Origin: Bacillota bacterium
GTDB lineage: Bacteria; Bacillota; Clostridia; Acetivibrionales; DSM-1351
Assembly (NCBI GenBank): GCA_023439045.1
Contig: JAEXOY010000018.1
Span: 163,628 to 227,627 of the forward strand
Direction: 5' to 3'
Length of the DNA: 64,000 bases
Shown here one piece after another: positions 44,100 to 53,287 of the stretch. Both the position numbers and the translations under genes were made by a program. Within the stretch, counting starts at the first letter, position 1, and each line of letters opens with the position of its first letter. Under the pieces are notes generated by a model. It was not told the DNA's origin, did no database searches, and saw nothing but the letters and a program-made list of their open reading frames with translations.

Positions 44100-45257
44100 T
44101 TATCTAGTATTAGTTAATTTATCAATTTCGCGACAGGTCTCCTCATATTGCTCACTACCATCAAGTATCTCAAATTCAATTAAGATTTCCTCTCTTTCAA
44201 ATGGTTGAATAGTATGTATGTCGTTACCTTCATATGCCCTGCCATATACATTGGAGTTAGTTGGCTCTAGTCCCATAACATAATCTCCGGATGCAATGGA
44301 TTTCCATTGTACAAATTTGGGTAAATATCGCTTGTTGAATTTTATTTTGATCCCGATATTTCTTTTAAGATTATACAGGCAGGCAAAGGTATCTCCGTTT
44401 TCATAAGCTGCTAGGTCATGAAGGTATACTCTTTCTGGCTCATTATCTATAGGTTGCTCCATGATATTCCACTTATCAGCATCCTTTTGGGCTGCTTTAT
44501 CGCGAGGTGTTACTTGTGTAGTAGGCAATAATACAACTGTATTTTCATCTAGTAGAGGATATCCGAAGTTGAAATGGTAAAGAAGCATCATGGGTTCTGC
44601 TCTAAAACTAATATTTTCAATTGTATCAGTAATAGTAATCTTATTTTCACCGTATACTGTTGAAATCTTACGCTTCAAGGTTAAATTCTTTCCGAAAATC
44701 TCTGCCTCTCTCATTTCTCCAGAAATTGAAAGCACATACCTGTCGTGCTGCCATTCGCAATTGCTGCTAACATGCTCTGCTGGAGCAGATCGGATTCTGC
44801 CATGCATGGGGTAATGTTTGCTGTTTTCTTCACAGGGGAGGCAAGTGTTTTCTAAACCACAGGTAAAGAACAATCCACCCATTAAGCTCTTAGTTCCTTC
44901 TTCGCCATGAGTATCATAATCAGCACGTCCTATTAAACCCTGCTTTGCAAGAAAATTAATATTCATTCCCTTATAGGTGAAATCAATTATATCAAGGCAT
45001 TTGTCTGCGGCTACTTGAAATCTCAAGTCTCCATTTTTCACATCAAATGCTTTTATTCCACGTGCTCTTCCTTCTGCGAAAGTGAAGGGGCGCACAAATG
45101 CTACCTGCTGCATGCTCCCAACATATTTGTAGAGGTTTTGCTTCGGAAAACCTTGCTTCGAGCTTAGTGCCAAGCTTGGGTAGGTGCTAAGGGCCGTATT
45201 GCATACTTCGGTTTGATCGGAGTTTTGTACGGTAATCGGACTTTGAGTAATCTTCAT
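44100..45257 (-). CDS. DUF4432 / aldose-1-epimerase-superfamily protein
   Basis: EGRARG, DKCLDI, GGLFFTCGL, MHGRI, LLYHFNFGYPL, YVMGLEP. Confidence 0.82.
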   Translation of the reverse strand: MKITQSPITVQNSDQTEVCNTALSTYPSLALSSKQGFPKQNLYKYVGSMQQVAFVRPFTFAEGRARGIKAFDVKNGDLRFQVAADKCLDIIDFTYKGMNINFLAKQGLIGRADYDTHGEEGTKSLMGGLFFTCGLENTCLPCEENSKHYPMHGRIRSAPAEHVSSNCEWQHDRYVLSISGEMREAEIFGKNLTLKRKISTVYGENKITITDTIENISFRAEPMMLLYHFNFGYPLLDENTVVLLPTTQVTPRDKAAQKDADKWNIMEQPIDNEPERVYLHDLAAYENGDTFACLYNLKRNIGIKIKFNKRYLPKFVQWKSIASGDYVMGLEPTNSNVYGRAYEGNDIHTIQPFEREEILIEFEILDGSEQYEETCREIDKLTNTR

Positions 45258-45274
45258 GTTTTCCTCCTAATATA

Positions 45275-45490
45275 TTCTTCCTTATTGCTATGCTGTGAAA
45301 TGTCTCGGAAGATAAATTGTTTTCTTCCTTGTTGAGATGTTGTGAAATGTTTATCTAGATTGCGAATTATTTCTTTTTGCATTACAGTAAAGATCTTGGG
45401 AGACAACTTATTTCCATGTTTGCTGAGTTGTCCTGGAGTTTGGTAGACAACGTATTTTCCCCTTTATTCGGTTATTGTGAAACGTTTCAT
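45275..45490. repeat. degenerate ~45-47-bp repeats in the 5' leader of the DUF4432 operon
   Basis: ttcttcctt at 45275/45322; tgtgaaa at 45294/45341/45476; agacaac at 45401/45445. Confidence 0.65.
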
Positions 45491-45532
45491 GAAATATACA
45501 CATATAGTACCACATTGAAGTTTAATATTCAA
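45478..45532 (-). promoter_or_regulatory. sigma-A promoter with downstream LacI-type operator
   Basis: Minus strand TTGAAT(45532-45527)-17 bp-TACTAT(45509-45504) with TG extension; perfect palindrome TGAAACGTTTCA at 45478-45489 with central CG. Confidence 0.75.
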
Positions 45533-45857
45533 TATTAAAAGTTTAGATATGCCTAAAATAGTTTGGATGAGCTTAAGAGCAATCGGATGTTAGTGACTTC
45601 AAATATGTTTATTTTTTTATAATATTGAATTAGTATTATGAGATTTGTAGTTGTAGTATGTGTTGGTCTAAGGTTGGTATTGATTTTGAGATGACTTAGT
45701 AATAAAGATAATTTCTGGCTGCTGCGTAATCTAAAAGGTTATTATTAGATTTTGCAATACATTTAATATATTTAATGCAATAATAAGATAGTTTGTGGTA
45801 CATTAATATTTATATAGAAAGAGTTGGATTGCAAAAAGTTGGTAAAAGGAGCCATAC

Positions 45858-47237
45858 ATGCTTAATAAAAATCAAAAATATACAATTGAAATAACAGGCC
45901 TGACCCATGAGGGTCAGGGTGTAGGTAATATAGATGGGTTTGTAGTATTTGTTGACGGGGCGCTACCGGAGGAAACGGTTGAGGTTCTTATAATTAAGGT
46001 TACCAAGAGCTATGCAGTGGGCAAGCTGTTGGAGATAAAAAGGCCTTCTGCTCATAGAGTGGAGCCGTTCTGCAAAGTTTACAAAAGGTGCGGGGGATGC
46101 TCAATGCAACACTTGGATTATGAGGAGCAGCTTAAGTCCAAGGCAGATGTTATAGTGCAGAACCTGAGAAGGTTGGGCGGTATTAATATGGACAAGGTTA
46201 AGGTGCATCCAGCTATCGGCATGGAGCAGCCTTTTCAATATAGGAACAAGGTGCAGTACCCGGTGGGGATGCAGAACGGCGAGGTGAAAATTGGATTTTT
46301 CGCCAACAGGTCGCACGATATTATTGATAGTGATGAGTGCGAAATCCAGCCAGCTGAAAGCAATTCTATAAGAGAAATTGTAAGGAACTTTGCTCAGAAA
46401 AATAGTATTTCAATATATGATGAAGCCTCAGGTAAGGGGCTATTGAGACATGTAATGGTGAGAAAAGGCTTTACCACAAATGAGCTAATGGTGGTGCTGG
46501 TACTCAATGGTAGAAAGCTTCCTAATGCGCCAGATTTGGTCAGTCAACTAACACAAGCCTTTAGCACTATAAAGAGCATTTATATTAATGTAAATACAAA
46601 GAAGACAAATATTATCCTAGGCAATGAGAGTATACTGCTCTTTGGTCAGAAATATATTAGCGATTACATTGGTAAATACAAGTTTAATATATCCCCGTTG
46701 TCGTTCTTTCAGGTCAACCCAATACAAACTGAGAAGCTATATAGTAAAGCGCTAGAGTTTTCAGCGTTGACAGGTGGGGAAAATGTTTTTGACCTATACT
46801 GTGGGATAGGAACTATTTCTCTGTTTTTATCTGAAAAGGCTGAGAAGGTAATAGGGGTAGAGGTTGTACCTGAGGCGATTGCTGACGCCAAGGAGAACGC
46901 TAAAATAAACGGCGTAGAAAACGCAGAGTTCTATGTTGGAGAGGCTGAAAAGGTAATACCAGAGCTTTATAATAAGGGCGTACGTGCTGACGTAGTGGTA
47001 GTAGATCCTCCGAGAAAGGGCTGCGATCAAGTGCTTCTAGACATATTGGTAGAAATGAAGCCAGAGCGCATTGTATATGTAAGCTGTAACCCTGCAACTC
47101 TTGCTAGAGACGTGGGCTTCTTGTCCAAGAACGGATTTGAATTGAAAGAGGTTCAGGGGGTGGATATGTTTCCGTGGACATGCCATGTGGAGACGGTAGT
47201 TCTGATGACAAGATGTGGTTCGGAGGATAAGAAGTAG
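45858..47237 (+). CDS. rlmD: 23S rRNA m5U1939 methyltransferase
   Basis: TRAM domain, C..YKRCGGC Fe-S motif, SFFQVN, DLYCGIG, VDPPRKG, YVSCNP, VDMFPWTCHVE. Confidence 0.96.
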   Translation: MLNKNQKYTIEITGLTHEGQGVGNIDGFVVFVDGALPEETVEVLIIKVTKSYAVGKLLEIKRPSAHRVEPFCKVYKRCGGCSMQHLDYEEQLKSKADVIVQNLRRLGGINMDKVKVHPAIGMEQPFQYRNKVQYPVGMQNGEVKIGFFANRSHDIIDSDECEIQPAESNSIREIVRNFAQKNSISIYDEASGKGLLRHVMVRKGFTTNELMVVLVLNGRKLPNAPDLVSQLTQAFSTIKSIYINVNTKKTNIILGNESILLFGQKYISDYIGKYKFNISPLSFFQVNPIQTEKLYSKALEFSALTGGENVFDLYCGIGTISLFLSEKAEKVIGVEVVPEAIADAKENAKINGVENAEFYVGEAEKVIPELYNKGVRADVVVVDPPRKGCDQVLLDILVEMKPERIVYVSCNPATLARDVGFLSKNGFELKEVQGVDMFPWTCHVETVVLMTRCGSEDKK

Positions 47238-47239
47238 GG
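47182..47239 (+). repeat. attachment-site-like direct repeat, copy 1 (rlmD 3' end)
   Basis: 58 bp, 55/58 identical to 54799-54856. Confidence 0.9.
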
Positions 47240-47360
47240 ATCTACCACAACATGTAGTGTTTTGAAGTGATTTTGGGGCGGAAATTGAGCAAAAAAATGC
47301 TCTTTTTTGCCCCTTAAAAGTTCGGGGTCTTTTGCCGGTCTTCGCAGTGTTGGTAAGGCC

Positions 47361-47748
47361 ATTGACTACGCTGATTGAAAGCTTCACTCCAAATTCAACA
47401 TCTGCATTGGTTTTACCTCTTACGATAGGCCTGAAAAAGGGCATGTGAAGACTAACAATTCTATCTTGAATTTTGTGCTCTTTGCATAGTACATACTCCT
47501 TTGCTGACGAAATCACTGGACAAAAAGGTTTTGGTATTGTTTTGGTTTTAGCAGTGTCAGGCTACTCTTTTTTTGAAAGTCTTTCTATGATTGTCAAACG
47601 GATCGTCAATTCGGTGATGTTGGTGCTCCGTTCCCGTAGAAATATGTTCATCCAGTTATGCTGGGAGAACCTTGCCCCACCACTTCCCACAAACGGCGTC
47701 TCTGAGTTTTTCGATAGTGGGTTGACCATTTGGATAACGAATTTTCAT
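47361..47748 (-). pseudogene. IS5-family-like transposase remnant
   Basis: HKIQDRIVSLHMPFFRPIVRGKTNADVEFGVKLSISVVNG matches a DDE transposase segment from memory. A possible broken N-terminus MKIRYPNGQPTIEKL/ETPF lies at 47748. No intact ORF. Confidence 0.65.
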
Positions 47749-48046
47749 GTATGCAATCTCCTTGCTTAATGCGGATACCTTTTCTCCATAGTCGACGTTT
47801 CCCTTGATACATCTCGGTTAGATACTGTATCGAATTGTTTCATCTTGAACACCCTATCACTCTTTATTGTACGGATATTCAATTTATCTGCGAGTCTGAG
47901 TTTGGATACTTACTGGAATAGACTGCTTTGCCGCCCTGTGGGGGTATGTTTGATGGGTTGAAATTAATTTCTGTTAACACTTGCTTGAAACATATTTACT
48001 CTAATGAATATAGATGTTAACATAATATTGAACATAATTATATTTA

Positions 48047-48062
48047 TTGAACATTTGTTCAA
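48047..48062 (+). promoter_or_regulatory. palindromic operator, likely for the adjacent SorC-family regulator
   Basis: TTGAACA-tt-TGTTCAA just before the SD; extra TGAACA half-site at 48029. Confidence 0.6.
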
Positions 48063-48077
48063 AAGGGGAGAAGTCTT

Positions 48078-49019
48078 ATGGCGATTACAGATAATATGAG
48101 AATGACTCTTAAGGTCTGCCGACTATATTACGAAGATAATCTCAGCCAGAAAGAAATTTCTGCACAACTCGGGATTTCCCGCCCTCAAATCAGCAGAATG
48201 CTGACCAATGCGCGAAATAACAATTTAGTGTCAATCAAGATAAATAATCCATTTTTAGATGAAACAAATCTCGAACACCTTCTTATTGAAAGGTATCACC
48301 TGAAGGATGCCCTTGTACTCAACACGATTAATCATAATGAAGAGGGCGGCATGATTGAAGAATTCGGACGGATGGCAGCAGGCTGTATAGACGGGTATAT
48401 CATGGATAATAGCTGTGTAGGCGTGATGAGCGGTCAAACACTAAGCAGTATGGTACGGTCCATCAGGCATCTTAGCCGCAGAGGCCTGGAGTTGGTCTCT
48501 TTGGTCGGTGGCATAGGCTCAACCAGCGTTAAGTGGCATGCCAATGTCATTGCACAACAGATGGCAGAATGCTCAGGAGGCAGTTGTTATATTCTGAATG
48601 CGCCTGTTATTGTACAAAGCAAACAATCACGTGACATGCTGGTCAGTGAACCGGAGATTGCATCAGTGCTTCAGAAGGGCTTGAAATGCGATGTTGCAAT
48701 CGTAGGAATCGGACAGCTCAACATGAATTCGACAACTGTTCAGGCAGGTGCATTGAATGCTGAAGATATGGAACGGCTAAAGGCAGCAGGTGCGGTTGCT
48801 TCAGTATGTACATCCTATCTGGACGCTTCAGGAAAAATCATTAATACGGAACTCGAAGAACGGTCTATCGGACTGACACTCGAGCAGCTCAAAAGGTGCC
48901 GAACTATAGCGCTGGCAATTGGAGAAAATAAGGTGGAATCAATTAAAGCGGCATTATCGAGCGGCTACATTGACGTGTTTATCACCAATCTGGATACCGC
49001 CCGTTTAATAGCAAAATAA
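48078..49019 (+). CDS. SorC/DeoR(Bacillus)/LsrR-family sugar-phosphate-binding regulator
   Basis: LYYEDNLSQKEISAQLGISRPQISRML HTH; VGVMSGQT, LVGG, LNAPVIV, IALAIGENKVESIKAAL. Confidence 0.92.
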   Translation: MAITDNMRMTLKVCRLYYEDNLSQKEISAQLGISRPQISRMLTNARNNNLVSIKINNPFLDETNLEHLLIERYHLKDALVLNTINHNEEGGMIEEFGRMAAGCIDGYIMDNSCVGVMSGQTLSSMVRSIRHLSRRGLELVSLVGGIGSTSVKWHANVIAQQMAECSGGSCYILNAPVIVQSKQSRDMLVSEPEIASVLQKGLKCDVAIVGIGQLNMNSTTVQAGALNAEDMERLKAAGAVASVCTSYLDASGKIINTELEERSIGLTLEQLKRCRTIALAIGENKVESIKAALSSGYIDVFITNLDTARLIAK

Positions 49020-49050
49020 AAAATCATATTAAAAAACAGGAGGGAAAGAA

Positions 49051-50040
49051 ATGAAAAGATTTTTTGCAGTAATCGTAGCAATTATAATGATGCTTTCAAT
49101 GGTAGCTTGCGGAAGTAATTCCCCAACTACCGAGTCTAGTAACGGAACCTTGGAACCCCCGACATCTAGTGCTACAACGCCCGAAGCAAGTAGCGGGGCA
49201 ACCGGTAAAAAGGTTTCATTGCTTACTCCTTATCTCAGTTCAGTTACTACAAATCAGATGGTAGAAGAAATGAAGGCAGGAATGGAAGCGCAGGGTATGG
49301 TTGTTACAGTTGTTGATACCAAAGGAGACTTTGCTCAGCTTGCAAGTAGAATAGAAGACACTGTCTCTTCAAAAGCGGATGCAATCGTGCTTGTCAGCGC
49401 CGATCCTTCACAGGTCACTACACAGCTTCAGAGTGCATTTGACGCGAAGATTCCGGTTTTCGGCTGTGACAGTGGGTTTATTGAGGGCATGATGGTTAAC
49501 GCAACCAGCGACAACTACGCTATGGGCGAGCTTATTACAAAGTACCTTTTTGAGGACCTAATGGGTGGAAAGGGTACCGTTATAGCTCTAACCCATCGTC
49601 CTCATCCCGGTGTTGTCAAGAGATGTATAGCTTTCGACGATATGATCAAGAAGTATCCCGATATAAAACTGATCACAGAACAACACGTAGAAGTTCCCGG
49701 TCCCATTGAAAGTTCAAGAAAAGTAATGGAAAATCTTATTTTGTCCAATTCTTCAAAAGATTCCATCACCGCTGTATGGAGTGCATGGGATGAACCTGCG
49801 ATTGGTGCCACTCAGGCTCTTCAGGATGCAGGAAGAAATGAAGTGATTGTTGTAGGGGTTGACGGAAACAGCCAGGCGGTTGAATTGATTAACAAGGAAA
49901 CCAATCTAAAGGCGACTGTAGCTCAAAACTTTAAAGGCATGGCTGAAATTGTTATTACAGAGATGACAAAGATGTTTAATGGTGAAGAAATTACCAAGGG
50001 TGAGCAGTATGCACCTGCATCTATCATCACCAATAAATAG
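49051..50040 (+). CDS. sugar ABC transporter substrate-binding lipoprotein (RbsB-like)
   Basis: Lipobox MVAC, Ser/Thr linker, ATSDNYAMG, AWDEPAIGA, VVGVDG. Confidence 0.9.
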   Translation: MKRFFAVIVAIIMMLSMVACGSNSPTTESSNGTLEPPTSSATTPEASSGATGKKVSLLTPYLSSVTTNQMVEEMKAGMEAQGMVVTVVDTKGDFAQLASRIEDTVSSKADAIVLVSADPSQVTTQLQSAFDAKIPVFGCDSGFIEGMMVNATSDNYAMGELITKYLFEDLMGGKGTVIALTHRPHPGVVKRCIAFDDMIKKYPDIKLITEQHVEVPGPIESSRKVMENLILSNSSKDSITAVWSAWDEPAIGATQALQDAGRNEVIVVGVDGNSQAVELINKETNLKATVAQNFKGMAEIVITEMTKMFNGEEITKGEQYAPASIITNK

Positions 50041-50067
50041 CAGAAATGCAATGAAGGAGTGATAAAG

Positions 50068-51549
50068 ATGCTTTTACAAACCAGACAGCTTTGTAAGCAG
50101 TTCGGAGGCGTTTATGCACTCCGGGATATTGAATTTGAAATTGCTGAAGGTGAGACGCTTGGCCTTGTAGGCGAAAATGGTGCAGGAAAATCTACCTTAA
50201 TAAAAATATTGACAGGTGTTTATAGCCTGGACAGCGGAGAAATATACTGGAACGGGGAGCGCATAAATATATGCAATCCCCGCGAGAGCCGCGAGATCGG
50301 CATTAATGTTATTCATCAGGACAGAAACCTTATTCCAGCATTCAACGGTGTAGAGAACATATATCTTGGACTGGAATACGAAAAGAAAGCTGCATTTACC
50401 ATTGATTGGGCAAAAATGAAGCAACGCGTAATGGATGTCATGGAAGAACTGGGCGTATCGGTGGACCTCAATCTCCCAGCTTCGGCATTGACGCCGCCCC
50501 AGCGGACGATTCTTGAAATTATCCGAGCAATGATGACGCAATGTAAGCTGCTGATACTGGATGAACCGACGGCTTCTCTGACGGATAAGGAAGCTGAGAT
50601 GCTTTTTGAGACAATCGGCAGGCTAAAAGAAAGAGGTACGGCAATACTTTATGTAACACACCGCATGGATGAAATTTTCCGTCTTACCGACCGTATCACT
50701 GTATTTAAAAACGGACAACTGGTAAATACCGTAGAGACAGCAAGTGTCAACAAGGATAAAATCATCTCAATGATGACGGATAACTGGGTTAGTGAAAAAA
50801 TCAATGCTGCCAAGGAATTTGGAAAAGATATTTTAAGAGTAGATCATATTTCTTCAAAAGACGGAATTGTCAAGGATGCAAGTTTAACAGCACGTGCAGG
50901 TGAGATTCTGGGTATCTTCGGGTTGGGCGGCAGTGGGCGGACAGAGTTGTTGGAGTGTGTTTATGGCTACCGTAAGATTTCAGAAGGAACTATTACCCTT
51001 GACGGTCATGTTGTGGATAAACCTACACCAGCTAATTCCATAAAAAACGGAATGGTGCTTATCAGTGAAGACAGGCGTGGCAAGGCACTTGTCGGCTCAC
51101 TTACGGTCGGGAAGAATATTGTTCTTTCAACCATCGACAGGTATGCACATTTTGGGATCATTGACGGGAAAAAAGAAATCAGCGATGCAAAAGAAAAGAT
51201 CAATATGCTCAACATCAAAACAGAAGGTCCTCAGCAAACTGTATTGCAACTTTCGGGAGGCAACCAGCAAAAAGTCGTTTTTGCAAAAGCGCTGATGTCC
51301 AATCCCAAAGTTTTGCTTTGTGATGAGCCAACCCAGGCAGTGGATGTCATGACTCGTCTTGAAATCCACAAGCTGCTTAGGCGGAAGGCAGACGAGGGTA
51401 ACGCAGTGGTTTTCGTATCATCGGACTTGAAAGAGGTGCTGGAAGCAACGGATAATGTATTGATAATGGCAAACGGGAAAACAAAGGGGCTGTTTGCAAA
51501 TGACGATCTGACTGCAGAACAGGTACTTGCCTGTTGCTATGCAGATTAA
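50068..51549 (+). CDS. sugar ABC transporter ATP-binding protein (RbsA-like, two NBDs)
   Basis: GENGAGKST, LILDEPT, LSGGNQQKV, CDEPT. Start ATG50068 or GTG50059. Confidence 0.95.
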   Translation: MLLQTRQLCKQFGGVYALRDIEFEIAEGETLGLVGENGAGKSTLIKILTGVYSLDSGEIYWNGERINICNPRESREIGINVIHQDRNLIPAFNGVENIYLGLEYEKKAAFTIDWAKMKQRVMDVMEELGVSVDLNLPASALTPPQRTILEIIRAMMTQCKLLILDEPTASLTDKEAEMLFETIGRLKERGTAILYVTHRMDEIFRLTDRITVFKNGQLVNTVETASVNKDKIISMMTDNWVSEKINAAKEFGKDILRVDHISSKDGIVKDASLTARAGEILGIFGLGGSGRTELLECVYGYRKISEGTITLDGHVVDKPTPANSIKNGMVLISEDRRGKALVGSLTVGKNIVLSTIDRYAHFGIIDGKKEISDAKEKINMLNIKTEGPQQTVLQLSGGNQQKVVFAKALMSNPKVLLCDEPTQAVDVMTRLEIHKLLRRKADEGNAVVFVSSDLKEVLEATDNVLIMANGKTKGLFANDDLTAEQVLACCYAD

Positions 51550-51564
51550 CCGGGGGGAACACAC

Positions 51565-52518
51565 ATGAATAAAAAGATAACATTTTCAGAAGTTATGCGA
51601 GCGTATGGTACTATATTTGCGGGGATCGTCATTGTCATAGCATTTAGTATACTGCGTCCTGATGCATTCTTTACTATGGGTAATTTCATTAACATTACGC
51701 GGCAGATTTCATTGCTTGTAATCATTGGGGTTGGTGCCACACTGGTTATGTCTGTAGAGGAATTCGATTTGTCGATTGGCGCCATTGCAAGCCTTGGCGG
51801 TGTCATAGCAGCAAAGATGGCTGTTGCTGGTTTACCGATGCTGCTGTGTTTTGTCATACCGGTGGCAGTTTGCTTTATAATTGGACTTGTAAACGGTTGG
51901 GTTGTTACCCGGTTTAAGGTACTTTCATTTATTACTACTCTGGCTATGAGCACCATAATTGGAGGTTTTACCTTCTGGTTCACCGGAGGCGCTACAATCT
52001 TTCAAAATATACCAAATAGCTTCACTTATATAGGCACAAAGAGCTTTTTCAAGCTGCCACTGTTATCTATTATCATGATATTACTATTGGTACTTTTCTG
52101 GTTTATCATGCGGCATACAGTATTTGGCAGAAAGCTATACGCCATTGGTGGTAATGAAGCAGCGTCCCAGGTATCAGGCATTAATGTAAAGAAACATAAG
52201 AATCTAGCATTTGCTCTCTGTGCTGCTCTTGCCGCACTTACCGGTGTGCTTATGGCGTCTCGTTTAGGTTCAGCTCACCCAACCGGAGGAGATGGATTAT
52301 TTTTGCAGTCATATGCTGCCGTGTTTCTTGGCAGAACCGTCTTTAAAGAAGGGGTGCCAAACATCTGGGGTACCTTTGTAGGTGCAGCGATTCTTGGAAT
52401 ACTTGCAAATGGACTAACTATCATGCAGGTACCTACTTTCATGCAGGATCTGCTTACCGGCTGTATTATTATTCTGGCAGTAGTTGTCCAGAAGATCGGA
52501 CGCGGTGATACAAAATGA
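51565..52518 (+). CDS. sugar ABC transporter permease (RbsC-like)
   Basis: FDLSIGA, SFITTLA, FGRKLYAIGGNEAASQVSGI. Confidence 0.93.
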   Translation: MNKKITFSEVMRAYGTIFAGIVIVIAFSILRPDAFFTMGNFINITRQISLLVIIGVGATLVMSVEEFDLSIGAIASLGGVIAAKMAVAGLPMLLCFVIPVAVCFIIGLVNGWVVTRFKVLSFITTLAMSTIIGGFTFWFTGGATIFQNIPNSFTYIGTKSFFKLPLLSIIMILLLVLFWFIMRHTVFGRKLYAIGGNEAASQVSGINVKKHKNLAFALCAALAALTGVLMASRLGSAHPTGGDGLFLQSYAAVFLGRTVFKEGVPNIWGTFVGAAILGILANGLTIMQVPTFMQDLLTGCIIILAVVVQKIGRGDTK

Positions 52519-53282
52519 TTGGAATAGCATCAAATAGGAACCGTATTGCAGTAGAGAAAGGCAAGCTGACAGTAGGATATTTGTTGGCAAGCTTTCCGCA
52601 GAAGGATAGCTTTCTTGACGTAATATCAGGCTGTGAGTCAGCAGGTCTGGATGTGTTTGAAATTGGATATCCTTCTGATGATCCGGTTGCAGATGGTGAA
52701 ATTATAAGACAGGCGCATGGTCTCGTAGACTTATCAGTGCGAGAAGATATTTTGTACTGGAAAAAAATCCGTAATACAGTAAACAAGCCTATCTGGGTAA
52801 TGGCTTATAAAAAAAATCTAATCGATTCGGGGTTTTATAAAACCCTTGCGCAGGAAGGTCTGGCAGATGCATTTGTCATACCAGATGCGACTTATGAACA
52901 GCGACTCGCGCTTCTTTATGAACTGAAACCCCTAGGAGTGGATGTGTTAGGCTTTATTAACCCGGATATGGACAGAGATGAACAGGAAGCCTGTTTTGAA
53001 AATTTTACACTGGTATATCAGCAGCTTTATTCTGGTCCGACAGGATTGACGGTTATAACGAATGATTATGCAGAGTTACTTGCACGAGCACGCATGCATA
53101 ATAATTTATTTGTATTTGCAGGCTTTGGCATTAATACGTGCGAAAGGGCAGAGCAGCTAATTAAAAGTGGTTTTGACGGAGTGATTGTAGGAACGGCAAT
53201 GATGTCAAAGCTTAACACATCACAGCATGAACTGTTTTCTTTTGTAAAAGAACTAGTCGAGGCAGTCAAAAAAGGAAGGTGA
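52515..53282 (+). CDS. stand-alone tryptophan synthase alpha-chain homologue (TrpA-like TIM barrel)
   Basis: FEIGYPSDDPVADG (E49, D60), VYQQLYSGPTG, FAGFGI, DGVIVGTA. ATGA overlap with the permease. No trpB or other trp gene in the window. Confidence 0.85.
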   Translation: MIGIASNRNRIAVEKGKLTVGYLLASFPQKDSFLDVISGCESAGLDVFEIGYPSDDPVADGEIIRQAHGLVDLSVREDILYWKKIRNTVNKPIWVMAYKKNLIDSGFYKTLAQEGLADAFVIPDATYEQRLALLYELKPLGVDVLGFINPDMDRDEQEACFENFTLVYQQLYSGPTGLTVITNDYAELLARARMHNNLFVFAGFGINTCERAEQLIKSGFDGVIVGTAMMSKLNTSQHELFSFVKELVEAVKKGR

Positions 53283-53287
53283 AATTA

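Noticed and set aside
47656..47748. MKIRYPNG start reminiscent of RecU
   Set aside because: Stops after 30 codons and lacks RecU motifs; better explained as transposase debris.
47903..47938. Minus-strand peptide QGGKAVYSSKYP resembling a large serine recombinase motif
   Set aside because: Only 12 codons with no flanking similarity; cannot be supported without BLASTX.
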